A stretch of 64,000 nt of DNA from Cyanidioschyzon merolae (taxonomy: Eukaryota), in assembly GCA_000091205.1 (NCBI GenBank), contig AP006500.2. One strand, 5' to 3'. Of this stretch, positions 43,801 to 54,424 are shown in pieces. The notes beneath the pieces are model-generated. The model searched no databases and was not told the DNA's origin. It saw only the letters and a program-made list of their open reading frames with translations. The translations under genes and the position numbers were made by a program. Within the stretch, counting starts at the first letter, position 1. Each line of letters opens with the position of its first letter.

Positions 43801-45328
43801 CGGAGCGTTCTTTCGGTGCTCGGGGCTGATGATTGAGCACAGCGGGATACCCGCTGTTCGGCGCCTGCACCGTGGCAGGACTACTCCAGGATCTGGTGCA
43901 CACAGTACCGCTCTGAGCGCTCTGGTATGCCGCTGATGCATTGTACAGCGGTGATGCGCCACAGCCTCCTGCCCAGCGCATCAGGCTCGGATCGGAAGCC
44001 ACGATTGATGGGTTATTAGCCATTGGTAACGACGACGAACTCGAGGAGACCGATGACGCGGAAACCGGTGCTCGAGGCGAACGAGCATAGCCATTCAACG
44101 TGTTGATGCCTGACAATGCCGTCGTTGCACGCTGCTGATCCCAGGCGTCTTCGCATGACTTCCACGAAGCGGCCCCGGACACAGGTCCCGACCACGCAGA
44201 ACGGGAGCTTCCAAACGCGCGACCGCTCACGACAGATCCCCCTTCTAGCCCAGACACGGAACTGTACTGACTCGCACTTCGAGCTCGCACCGGTGACGAC
44301 ACTACCGAGGAGGACTCGAAGGCTGGGCTTGGCGTGCGCGCCACATCCGACCGTGCTATCTCTGAAATCGTGCGGTGCGGAATCGGTGCCCAGAGCCTTG
44401 AGTAGGCGCCCTCCGCAGCCGACGGTGTGGTCCTTCCAGTACACGTCAGTGGACCAGCCAGGGGCTGCTGTTCACTCGGCGAGGAACAACACGCCGCAGG
44501 CTGCCATACCCGCGGGCAGGGCGCCACTCCCCAGCCTTGAGGAGTTGCAGTGCGTAAATCGCTTTGGAAAGCGGCTGATCCGCTCTCAGAGCCTGCGGAA
44601 AGAGCTGACTGCTGTGCACGCCACCAGTCCGCCTGCTCTGGACGGCTTTGAAACGTCCACTGGGTCGGTGCACGCCTCAATGGCGGGGCGCTCTGAATAG
44701 ATAAATTTGAAAACCTCTCCAGTGTTGTCTGGTCCTTTTCTGTCCAGTCCCTTTGTAGGACACGGGGTCCACGTAATGGATCCGTCTGCGACCCGTAGCC
44801 ACGGAGCATCTCGTTGCGCCGGGTGTCGGCTCCCAGCTGATGGGAGCCAGAAGCAACTTTCCAACTCGCAAGGCGATCCGAAGACATCTGATTCGGCGTG
44901 GACAGCTCTCCAGGATCAGAATACTGCGCGTCGTTGGAGCCGGAAACACGTCCCGGTGACGGTACTGAACAAAAACCCGGACATCCCCAAATCGTCGAAG
45001 CATACATAGAGTTCTTGCCCGCATCTTCCCCGGATCCACCGATGCGCTCGGATGCTGCACTCCAAATATCTTCGCCTGTTGCCACTCCCAAAAGCGATGC
45101 ACCGCGTCCAAACTCCACCTTCTTCCGGAACTGACCCGGAGGCGGCGCGCTGGCCACTCGGGGCGGCTGTTCGTTTTCCAACGCCGCTTCAAAACCGACC
45201 GGAAGTGTCATCTGAGGCGACACAGCACTTCCGCTAACCGTACCAACGCGCACACGAGCCGCGTCGTCTTGCGCGGGCGCCGCCCTGGCTCGAGCATCGA
45301 CGCCGGTCCAATTGCGTTGCGTGCCCAT
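40808..45328 (-). CDS. Pumilio/PUF-family RNA-binding protein (eight PUF repeats in the C-terminal half, Ser/Ala-rich N-terminal half)
   Basis: 1506 aa. Repeats include 'DVFGNYVVQKLLEHG', 'DQNGNHVIQKCIE', 'DQYGNYVIQHVVEHG', 'SQHKYASNVVERCLQHG' and 'DQFGNYVVQRVLD'. Confidence 0.85.
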   Translation of the reverse strand: MGTQRNWTGVDARARAAPAQDDAARVRVGTVSGSAVSPQMTLPVGFEAALENEQPPRVASAPPPGQFRKKVEFGRGASLLGVATGEDIWSAASERIGGSGEDAGKNSMYASTIWGCPGFCSVPSPGRVSGSNDAQYSDPGELSTPNQMSSDRLASWKVASGSHQLGADTRRNEMLRGYGSQTDPLRGPRVLQRDWTEKDQTTLERFSNLSIQSAPPLRRAPTQWTFQSRPEQADWWRAQQSALSAGSESGSAAFQSDLRTATPQGWGVAPCPRVWQPAACCSSPSEQQPLAGPLTCTGRTTPSAAEGAYSRLWAPIPHRTISEIARSDVARTPSPAFESSSVVSSPVRARSASQYSSVSGLEGGSVVSGRAFGSSRSAWSGPVSGAASWKSCEDAWDQQRATTALSGINTLNGYARSPRAPVSASSVSSSSSSLPMANNPSIVASDPSLMRWAGGCGASPLYNASAAYQSAQSGTVCTRSWSSPATVQAPNSGYPAVLNHQPRAPKERSADDRQICTGKKGDGLDTNGNEEHEQRVPNRRERAASSPGYVGHVTNGKSQNSEESSCGRRDAAARLESTLQWASRPPLNIPVTESQPSPETCVQEQRTARCCLESPADGVSEPDNQCRVDSQMIGSGTTSVSETGRPQIDPNANRTHRLSPSRQSSLVEGTFEHYECHNGRRLCPGYSATSPRPLQVANAAGAHLSQALPLISPSPGATQPLEESIWIHPDQIVLNGSEQAGLCTEVELADRRATPVYSWHPAAQLPSGIACPQGRAASVRKESTLVASGSEDANESSMFSLVPDHCVSFPPVIPSGCRFVCAHATEDAMRMRSAKHGNLADASIPESCLSAEPAAYGAQTTSPRPSSASSSSFVSEENGGRPAVPGSVGPAGANPIPAAAAAARAPRREPTTQMGHSSGVAQLRAPFVSVAPILTDSYSGQVRVGGFLQTAAAPPATVPPTGAPPRSPLHFPSLDLGTSGTLSSPDAANPPNSGVIASVGRSALLERFRTALLASDEAFTSWKLEDIRGQIVEFSTDQHGSRFIQTKLETATPDQVGWVLQEVLAEMNRLVTDVFGNYVVQKLLEHGTARDLQAIAMKLKNRILALSLHMYGCRAVQKALEVLPASTQAELVIELDGHVLKCIRDQNGNHVIQKCIERVPGQHVQFIVDAVRGQAVSLAEHSYGCRVIQRILEYSPEEQKVPIMREIMQACRTLIRDQYGNYVIQHVVEHGKEEERAHILRMVRDQCISMSQHKYASNVVERCLQHGSPADRKALIDILLGRSDVAGSGSGGGGSSGATALPRNSVPLIDLVQDQFGNYVVQRVLDVAGDEQRQQAAELLRANLNVIKRFSYGKHILARLESTGAAAMAPTFANREGAPGGAHPCVQNLQNTGKRAPAQRLQLEPSSNCSSASNSSSSSATTTSSASSTWNLRTASIASPSKRRGRATGCFSSEVLELEASMKKRSEGVTAGGFPQASPASATATAATAERNPRAAGRARRQTHTR

Positions 45329-46738
45329 CCTGCTCCCTCGCCAGCGTCGTGTGTCGACGGCAAGGAGTACTCAAGAACCTCGAAACGCACCCGAACCGCA
45401 ACACAAAACCGGCAATCACGACACGCTTGCACTAGCTATCGTAAGCACTGGAAGCTCCTGAGCTGTTTCAGTCTCCCCGTTTTGCAAGCCCCAATGAACT
45501 ACAAACCAAAGCGCACCAGCAGTTTATCTCCAAGCCACAAACTGACAAAACTGCTGCCCCGAACGAGCCACAGACACTATACCAATAACAACCCGCCGTG
45601 TGGACTTTCAGAAAACAAGCCCGGCAACAAAAACTATTGCCGCGGCTTCAACCAGTTGCAAGCCAATGCGTCGATAGATAATTAGCAACGCTTGTTGCGT
45701 CGTCCGCCGTCGCTGCAGCCGCGTTGCCCGCTGGATCGCGCAGATCGCGCCCATCCCCGTTGCTGTTGCGCTTTTCTTTAAGGCTGCGACGGCGCGCGTG
45801 CGCTCGTGCACCGCGTGGAGGCTCCCCGGGCGCTGCTGTTGCTGCCGCGCGCTTTAAACCAAACAGACACGCCCTCGACGACGGGGACGGCGATGGATGT
45901 CACATGTGACATCCGGCGAGACCGCATGAGTGGCGCTGCGCTCCCGCGTCCGCGACGTGCCGTGGTGCGAGCGCGGGGCGCGATCGGAATGGGAAATTGG
46001 ATAATGCAGACAATGCGGACAGGCTGCGCGGGCGTCGATTTCTTGCTGATCCCGTGGCGACGCGTGCGGGTTGTGTGGAAACGGCAGCGGGCAGTCATGC
46101 CGTGCACCGCATGCCGTCGCTCGGTGTTGGCCATGGCGGGGCGGTGGCGCACGCGCTCCTCATTGATAGGGGATTCGCGGTGGTAGAAGACTCGGACTGG
46201 GTGTTATGCTGGAGTGCCCAGTTTGAAGTCACCTGCCTGAAAGTGCGTCTTCGCTCGAAAACTGCGAATTCCGAAGGTGTTTCTGGTGCCTAGATGTCCA
46301 ATCAGCAGTGGTTACGATGGAGCTCAGTTTCTGAGTGACCTGGTGCGCTGACGGTAGCGTGACGTCGCTGCATTTGGGCCTCGGCCATGGTCTCTTCGAA
46401 GCGCAAACCTCCTTTATGACTGCGTAAGCCAGTCTGTTTGAAAAGATGTGTGGAATCCGTTTACCTCCACGGTCCACAGGATGAAAGACGCTGATATACC
46501 CACTTGATGTTTGACATTGCGGTACAAGACAGACAATCGCAGTTGCCTTGCTCCGAGGCTGCATAGTCGGTGTGCACGGTGTCGTCCGTGGGAATTTATC
46601 ATGATGCACTGATTGCGACAAATATCGCTGCGGCTTATTGGTACACGCGGATGAACAAAATGCAGCTACTTGGCCCCAAGCTCTGCTGAACCCATTTCGG
46701 ATAAAAATGGAACACTGAAATGCTCGTAGTGTTATTTT

Positions 46739-48119
46739 CTTTCGATCGTTTCCCGAATGTTCGCTAGAAACACAGCTGCAATATTCAAAGTGCAGCAATA
46801 ACGGCGAATGGATTCATGGGTAGTTCTATGCCCCTCGGTTGTACTATCCGTGGGGATCCCGTCGACTCCCTGCCGCTGGCATTCGATACGTCACCGGGAT
46901 CAAGATGGTTCGTGACGCCCTCATACGCGGGTTCGTAACATAGCCGATATCATCATCTCATTCAGTCGCACGCGCCTGCACTCTTCTGTTTTCCTCAAGT
47001 ATAGCATGCTTGAATCATGCATTCTTCAAGTTTTCGATATTTCTCCTTAAAGGCAACTCGAGGGCGCAGCAATGCGTACAGCTGGGTGGACAGCGAAAAG
47101 AATCGCAACGACTTCACTTGAAGACTTTGTCACATGCTCATATCGAAGGCTGACTACAATTGTCAGGTCAGCTAATCGCATCCGTCCGAGAAGGAAATCC
47201 GCCCGTCCTTGAGACAAGCGGCAACGTGGCGTTCACAGCCGGCGAGATAACGCTCACGGCATACGTCCCCAGAGGCTTCGCTCGCTTCCGTACACACCGA
47301 AGAAAATCGGAGACTCAGACCTGAGTTATCGCAGCGACCGCGCCAGATAGAGAGTCTGGCACCGCCTTGCACGGAGGAAGCGTAGACGGATCGAAGTTTT
47401 CTAGAATTGCGCTCCAGCCTGCATTTTTGCCTCGCGGTACATGGTTCACCACGAAAAGCTTCCCGTTCCACGAATCCTCCATCGAATGCGACACTGTGCA
47501 CTGGCTTGCGCTGGCTTGCACTGGCTTGCGCTGGCATTGCCCCGCACTGCCTCGAGCCGACGCCCTCTGTGTGGTACGGCAACGCCGTTCTGCCTCCGTG
47601 CAGCGACCGCACTGGCGCTATAGGCGTCATTGCTGTCGCTTTCGGCAGGCACTAGGCACACACGATAGGACGTATGAAACGACTAGAATATCCGGGAAGT
47701 AGTGTGGGTCATGGAACTTGGAGGCAGGGCGTTCGATGGCTACTTCACCGCACACAAACAAAAAGAAAACAAAAAGTGCACAATCGGAGAACGCTGGCCT
47801 AAGTAAGCATTTTGTCAGTGAGAAAAATCCGACACTGTGTTCGCTGAGGGCATTGCGCTGATGCAACCTGCCAGCGAAGCGCACGGCAGCGAGCCCGCAA
47901 ACTGAGAAGAGCATCGTGGTAAGCCTTCGATACTCGTCAATTGCCTGGAACGAGCGAAAACGCGAGCTGTACGACGCCTCAAAACGGCCCTCCGAGGAAG
48001 AGGAGCAGGAGCAGGAGAGGCTTTGGTGGATATACGGGAACACCTGACCACAGCCAAAAGTCATCGATGCGAGGACGCACAGAGGCTGTATACAATGAAG
48101 ATGAAAATGGCAAGCGAAA
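46739..48119 (+). repeat. Direct repeat copy 2 (1.38 kb)
   Basis: See copy 1. Junctions: starts 'ctttcgatcgtttcccgaatgttcgc', ends 'gatgaaaatggcaagcgaa'. Confidence 0.9.
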
Positions 48120-48814
48120 TATGCATCGAAACATCTGCATGCGCATGAAATGTGTTGAAAACCACTGGAAGCAGCAAAACAGGGGCTTTAAATCTGCAGT
48201 GAACATCTTCCGATCGCTAATGATGGAGCTGGAAGGAACGGAGACACCGTCGTATCTCAAGTCGGAGCTCGAAGAGAAGGAAGAAAATCAGCCGCGAAAA
48301 AGCCCTTAATGCCTGTTGCTGACGGCAATTGGAGGATACCTAAAATTCAGTATTCACGTTCGAGGTAGAATAGTGTATCCGTTTCATTTTATTCTGAGAG
48401 AGGTCTAGCTCATGGCAGCTATAGAAAATGACTCACTGACTGGCTGCCACTTGCGATGAAGAGCTTGCATAGCAGGTTCTTTTCTAGATCGCAACACCTA
48501 CTGCAGGACCAGAGCTTGGGACAGTATCGTGAATAAGTGTTGTGCTTTGAGAAAGCGGCTGCACGGGCTCTGTACCAGAACGACAAGCGCGGTGAGCCCG
48601 CTACGCTGAAGATGCATTCGCGTTCGAAGCAGCGGCACACACAAGTGCGGTGCTGTCGCCCGCTAGCGCTGGGAGCGCTCCGCAAGCACACTCTTGAGGG
48701 CAACTTTCCCATCACGAGTCGAGTACTTTCACGCTTGCACAGTTCTAGAGCCGCGAGAGGCAGCACGCACAACTTCGTGGCCGCTGAAGCAGACGGCGCT
48801 CCTCGAGTTCGAAG

Positions 48815-51499
48815 ATGCTTGCCGGGTTCTCAGACGTTTTCTGCTCTCCTCTTAGCCAATCGCCCGCGCACAGAACGTTTAGAGAGCGTGCTGCACTCGA
48901 CACGTCCCGACGGCGCCCCAGAAGTATACGTCGCATAAAGGCTTGTGCAGAGCCGTTATCGGATCACCCGAGGAGACCTTTTTATCGCTTCCACGCCCCG
49001 TCATGGTACGGGCCTTTGCGCCACTTCCCACCGGGTCCAGTACATCCCATGGACTTGTATGGAAGGCCATCGTCCTTATCCATAGAAGATGATCGGGAAA
49101 TTCGCCCCGGTTTGAAAGGAGACTCTGACTTTGATGTCGCGATGCGGTACTGTGAGCATCATCCGCTAGCGCCTATGCGGATCCTCGCGGATGCCCTGGA
49201 AAATGCTCCCGACGCACAGCGCATTCCAGAATGGCCGCAATACCTCCAGTGGTTTGACTGTGATGAGCGAACGGGTGATGTACGTAGCATCTATGCACCT
49301 TTGCATCCCGCGGAATCAGAAAGCATCACGGTGTTGCAGTTCTTTACAACGGAGAATACTGACTGTTGGTTTGGTCACCGATTTTGGCGACATGCGCAGC
49401 TAGTATGCCGGGAATATCCAGCAGTTCGCTTCGTTCGCATTCTCGCAGAAAAGTATGAGGCAGTCCGCGAGAAACTCACTAGAGAGCGAACGGAGCAGAG
49501 GCTGAACGAAAGGCTCGGGGAACGGCCACCGATGCCGAGCAAGCGATCCCTGCACAGCACTTTGGAGCGCGAACGGCTTGACGGTGTCGTTGCAGTGGAT
49601 TCCGAGCGTCTAGATTTTTTTCGGACTGTAGGCGCGATCGGGTGGCCGTTTTGTGTGGTGCTCGCCCCCACAGGCACGCTAGTCGCAAAGTGGTATCAGG
49701 GGAGTCTCTGTGGCGGCCTCGCTCTAGATGAGAACAATGGCCATGTATTCTTGTTGGATATCATCCTAGCAGGAGCTATGGATTACTATGCCACACAATT
49801 GCGTTCCGGCCTTCATCCCGGACAGTTTTCATTGTTGAATGATCCACAAAGGCCGCCTGTGTTCCCTGAGGAGCCGCCAAAACCCATTGGACACCAGCTT
49901 GTGCCACGCTCACCCAAGAAGCAGGCTCAAGAGATGCTGGACAAATCTGAGGCGCTGAGGCTTCGGTACCCTTCCAAAGTGATCGTATTTCGTAGGGTGG
50001 AGCCACTAGCGTCAGCAGTGCGCTCGCCAGACTCCGGGCAGCATCATTCCCTGTGTGACATAGATGACTCGACTGTAACGTCGCGCACTTACATGGTCAT
50101 CGCCGATACGAACAACGATCGAGTGGTTTGGTGCCTCTTGGACGAATCCGGTGCCATACCGAAACTCGATCTACGGCACAACGGAACGGTTGAGGGTCTG
50201 CGACGGCCCCGGGGAATTTGCTACGATCACACGCACGATCTTGTCTACCTTGCTGACACAGAAAATCATCGAATATGTCGTTTCCGAGTACCACAATTCG
50301 CGATGCCGAATCCCGGAACACCGTATCCCGTCGAGTGGATTGCGGGAACTGGTGCTGCAAAATTTGACCTTTTCGGTACCCGAAGAGCGCGCCACCAGTC
50401 GCTGGTCTTTCCCTGGGACGTGGCCGTGGGACCGCGCTTTCGCTTCACTCCGACTGCGCCCTTGGATGAGGCGAACTCAGCCGCACCCTTGGGTTCGCCG
50501 GACCGCAGCCCCGCCTCCCATGCCGTATACGTCACGAACGCTGGTTTGAATCAGCTCTGGCAGATTGATTTCTTCGCGAAACAAACCGCCCCAGATACGA
50601 TGCATCCTGAGCCGCGCTCCTGCCGAGCGGTTTGCGGTAGCGGTGATCATCGCCAACTGGATATCACGAGCGCAGACAACGAACGCTTGCGAATAGAGCC
50701 CAAACGTTCGTGCTGTTTTGTATCGAGTATGGCTCAACCGACTGGTCTCGCACTAATTCCAGAGAGCTGTGCTGGCGATGGCGACACGAAGGGACCCTTT
50801 ATCGCCTTTATCGATGCTGAGTCGAGTTCGGTGCGTTACTTTGCGCCGAGATCACGCAGTCTGTGCACACTGGCTGGAGGCGGCTCAGCAACAGGTGACA
50901 TCGATGACCTCTTTGAGTACGGGTATTTGGATCATGCGTCTGGAAAGAACGCAAGATTTCAGCACCCGCTGGGTATCACGTACGATTCGTCACGTCGAGC
51001 GCTCTTCGTGGCTGACACCTATAACAATTGCATCCGCTGTGTAGACTGGTCGACTGGTGCAGTAGATACAGTGCACCTTGTTCCCGCCGATCCAGCAGCG
51101 ACAGAACTTTTAGTCGACATGGATCAACGTGGAAAGGTAACGCAAGACGATGCGATACCGTTCTGTTTGAACGAACCAACAGGTGTGGAGGCGGATCCAG
51201 AGGCTTTTCAGGGACGAGGCGCGCTCTGGATTGCAGACACGAACGCGCACCGTATTCTCTGTGTCGAGTGGTTACCGAGTGCATCGAGCGAGGACTCGAA
51301 GGAATCGATGGATGACGAGCAGCTTGCTCAGAAGCAAACGCCCAAGCAGCGCGGAGATCAACGGCAAAGGTTGAAGCTTTCGCGGGTCACGCTCTGGGGG
51401 CGTGTGCATGTTGTTTGGGATGATGCCCTTCTAGAGCAGGCCGCTCACTTGGGGCAGCGTGCACGAGCGGGCATCGTTGAGGCTCAGCCCCGAACCTGA
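48815..51499 (+). CDS. NHLRC2-like protein (thioredoxin-like N-terminal domain plus NHL beta-propeller repeats)
   Basis: 894 aa. 'MVIADTNNDRVVWCL...LVYLADTENHRICRF' and 'FQHPLGITYDSSRRALFVADTYNNCIRCVDWSTG' match human NHLRC2 'LVIADTGHHRILVV...IIYVADTENHLIRKI' and '[30 protein letters not shown]'. A further repeat reads 'LWIADTNAHRILCVEW'. The true start may be an internal Met. Confidence 0.8.
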   Translation: MLAGFSDVFCSPLSQSPAHRTFRERAALDTSRRRPRSIRRIKACAEPLSDHPRRPFYRFHAPSWYGPLRHFPPGPVHPMDLYGRPSSLSIEDDREIRPGLKGDSDFDVAMRYCEHHPLAPMRILADALENAPDAQRIPEWPQYLQWFDCDERTGDVRSIYAPLHPAESESITVLQFFTTENTDCWFGHRFWRHAQLVCREYPAVRFVRILAEKYEAVREKLTRERTEQRLNERLGERPPMPSKRSLHSTLERERLDGVVAVDSERLDFFRTVGAIGWPFCVVLAPTGTLVAKWYQGSLCGGLALDENNGHVFLLDIILAGAMDYYATQLRSGLHPGQFSLLNDPQRPPVFPEEPPKPIGHQLVPRSPKKQAQEMLDKSEALRLRYPSKVIVFRRVEPLASAVRSPDSGQHHSLCDIDDSTVTSRTYMVIADTNNDRVVWCLLDESGAIPKLDLRHNGTVEGLRRPRGICYDHTHDLVYLADTENHRICRFRVPQFAMPNPGTPYPVEWIAGTGAAKFDLFGTRRARHQSLVFPWDVAVGPRFRFTPTAPLDEANSAAPLGSPDRSPASHAVYVTNAGLNQLWQIDFFAKQTAPDTMHPEPRSCRAVCGSGDHRQLDITSADNERLRIEPKRSCCFVSSMAQPTGLALIPESCAGDGDTKGPFIAFIDAESSSVRYFAPRSRSLCTLAGGGSATGDIDDLFEYGYLDHASGKNARFQHPLGITYDSSRRALFVADTYNNCIRCVDWSTGAVDTVHLVPADPAATELLVDMDQRGKVTQDDAIPFCLNEPTGVEADPEAFQGRGALWIADTNAHRILCVEWLPSASSEDSKESMDDEQLAQKQTPKQRGDQRQRLKLSRVTLWGRVHVVWDDALLEQAAHLGQRARAGIVEAQPRT

Positions 51500-52099
51500 T
51501 GATGCACGTGCCGTTCTGATCAGCGTTTCAGTACAGTGGGCGTTGTATCCAGGGGTGTAGGTAGCGCTCAGCCGCGTTGCCAAATGTGGTGGCTTCTGTA
51601 GCGGCTTCGATGGATTGTCCTTGCGAGTACGAGGTGCTGTCCGCATGAACGCGCACGCTCTTCTGGAGTTGCTGTTTGTCGAAGACCTGTTCGCCCCTTC
51701 TTTGGCATATGTGTTCGTGCAGTATCGATTTTCTCGACGTTGCGAAGCAGGGCGGATGTGCTGCTCTCATGCTGCTCGTTGCGGTAAACGTATAGATCAT
51801 CATGCAAGCTCAGGGGTGTTTCTTCGTTTTGAGCGTGCATCTACAGGTTGCAGGTCAGGAGGCACTCTCAAAACAGGTGTGCCTGGTGAAAAGCGCGCTA
51901 CGATGCCTGGAAGAGAGTAGTGGAGGCTTCCGGTCTCTTTCGGATCTTCGTGGCAGACTCAGCGCCCGGACGGTCGCTGAGTCTGCCAAATTGTTTTCTT
52001 AGAGTATGGTTGTTCAGTTTGTGGAATCTGGACACATCGCCGCTACATCCATTTTACATTAAAGAGGGACACGTTCTCGAACGCTGACGGACACGCTCA

Positions 52100-53110
52100 A
52101 ATTCTGGCCTTTTTTGATTGCCATCATCATAAGCATTTGCAGGATGTTTCTGCGGATGCTTCATTTTCCTCTTCCTTATCTCCGGATTGTAAAACGCAGA
52201 CCTCTACTGTCGCTTTTTTTCTAGTGCAAGGTGTAAAAGGACGTTGTTGGTAGCGCCAAATGCCCGATTTCGTAGTTTTCCGCTGTTGTCGAAGCTTGTT
52301 ACGCACAGAAGGAAGCTGCGATCTACGCTTCGATTGCCGTTTTCATCTTCCTGTGTACAACTTGTCGGCCTGCTTGGCAGCGATGACACTTTGCTATGGT
52401 CAGATGTTCCGGTATGTCTCGTGCAGTAAGTCCTGCTTCTAGGGCCATCCTATGATTCTTGAACGCTCGCCCTGCAGCTCGGTAGAAGCTTTGGACGAAA
52501 AAGAGGGCTTTGCTCGATGCCTTCCTATTTTGTCGTGATCGCTATCGTCTCATACGATCACGAGCTTCCTCTGGAAGATTCCCTGGACGAGGACTCTGTC
52601 CGCTGCGCATGGGAGCGCATGCTTTTTCACTAGAGATGGGATTTGCGGAACGCGATGTTGTCTATGATGAAAAGTACCTGAAAGAAAATCTACGCTGCAG
52701 AACAAGTCCAGAAATTTCGATCCATCTACGTGCTCTTCGTCGAATGCTGCATCACGTTTTGCATTGCAAGCGATCGTACCGATGGCTGAATTCCAAGTCC
52801 AGGACCCTTTTCCACACAAGCAGAAGAGAAGGAAGCCTCCGAGAGCGTATTCAGTGATGGGATTATGGCGCTGTCGATTGCTGTTTCAAGGGCGGCCATG
52901 ACGAGAGTGGAATTTGTCCTTCGAACAGAATCGATTGTTAAACGTTAGAAATTAAGTGGGCTTTGAGCCTAAGATTGTGAATAGGTTGTCAAAGGGCGAC
53001 GTCGAGTATTTTTTTGCCGTCAATGCAATGGCGTGAGTTGGTGCGTCTACTAGTTGCCTCGAAACAGGGATATCGCAAACTTGGGGAATCTACGATTCGA
53101 GAATGCTGCA
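52100..53110 (-). repeat. Partial copy of the dispersed repeat superfamily (core2-complement at ~52690, core1-complement at ~53090)
   Basis: 'ctgcagaacaagtccagaaatttcgatccatctacg' matches 'gactggagaacaagtccagtattttcgatccggatacg' at 63150. The 52128-52400 region aligns with 62596-62830 ('cataagcatttgcaggatgtttctg' versus 'cataagcgtttgcagaatgtttctg'; 'ggaagctgcgatctacgcttcgattgccgttttcatcttcc' versus 'ggaatttgcgatctacgcttcgcttgccactttcatctcc'). Confidence 0.6.
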
Positions 53111-53587
53111 CACGATGAACGGAGAATCGGGGCTTGGACGCATGCACTGGATAATTATATAGATTGCATGGCGAAGCCTTGTCCAATGTCATTGCAAATT
53201 ATGCGGGTTACGGTAAAGTAACCAAATCTAGCGGCGAAGCATACATTGCGCGACTCCGAAAAGACGAGCAAGCACTCCAAAACTAAGAATGAATTCGTAA
53301 GCCCATAATCTTGCATTTTGAATGTCAAGTATATTCATCGGGAAAAACGAAAGGAAACCACAGAGCGCGCTATTCAGTATTCCATTTTCATCTGATGTCG
53401 GTGAAGATATCAGAGCTAGGTCCCGGCGATCAACAACGTTTTGCAAAACCCGAACATTTTTGTTCATCATGTTCGATTCTGTGGCATGACAAACGCCGAA
53501 GGCGTCATACCCATTTGCGTCTGCTGGAACAAGCGAGTCTCTGGGAAGGCGCTGAAGTCTCGTACCCTGATCGTTGGCAGCGATCCC

Positions 53588-53935
53588 TCATCCAGGAAGC
53601 GCTGACTCAACTGGCCCATAATTTAGGTGCTCAAGGACGCGAAAACGTTTCGCTACCATAGAGTGTACATATATGTCTACTTGCAGACAACTCCCGGACT
53701 GTTTCGACAGGACTCCTGCTATCCTCTTCAGCTTCTCATCGTATACTTCGAGCCCGAGAGGCTGCTCCATAAAGTTAGATAGCCACAGCCCTGCGGGTCT
53801 TGTCTTCAGTACCGCACATTGTCGGATTTTTATGGCGATGTTGAAGTCTCTGTTCACGAACTCTATGCGTTCGTTCTCGCTGGTGGAATTCACTGATACA
53901 AAGAGTCCTCGGACTCGTGCCCTGTATGGCGCCAA
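53588..53935 (-). pseudogene. TnpB/Fanzor-like C-terminal remnant, copy 4
   Basis: 'NERIEFVNRDFNIAIKIRQCAVLKTRPAGL'. The nucleotide segment 'ttcacgaactctatgcgttcgttctcgctggtggaattcact' is homologous to the other copies. Confidence 0.45.
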
Positions 53936-54424
53936 AGTCTCGTCATCGTTCCATCGGGCAAACGCCTTTTCTCGACGATCTCCTCATTTCTTCTTCGTCC
54001 ATTGTTCTTCTTCTTCGCTCGAGAGTCAACGAGAAGAGGATTTTTTGTTGTTTTTCCTGCACCCGGCGATGCCGACCCCCCTAGGATTCCCGACTTGCAT
54101 GTCCATACTTTCCCCTGGTTTTTTTATCACTTCAAACGAAAGCACTTTGCATGCGTCCGCGGTAAGCAGCGAAAAAGCATTTGATGACATGCACCTGAAT
54201 GCGGAACACTTTTCAGGGCAAAGACTGCGATGCGATAGCGATCAGCAGCGCGCGGCGCACCGCCGAGGCGTTACGCATTGCGGAATCGCGCACGCACGTA
54301 CGCATGCACGCATCGTATGGCGGCTTCCCGCCAGGCGATCTCGCTGATCCGTGCATGCCACGCGGACGGCACAGCCGTTATCGCCACATGCAACTGGCAT
54401 TCATATTCCTTGCGTTTCTAAGCA

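Noticed and set aside
36081-48119. The direct repeats read as LTRs of a retrotransposon
   Set aside because: The interior contains two bona fide host genes on opposite strands and no gag, RT, RNase H or integrase. The repeats lack TG...CA termini, and no PBS or PPT was seen. The repeats belong to the same superfamily as the IR arms.
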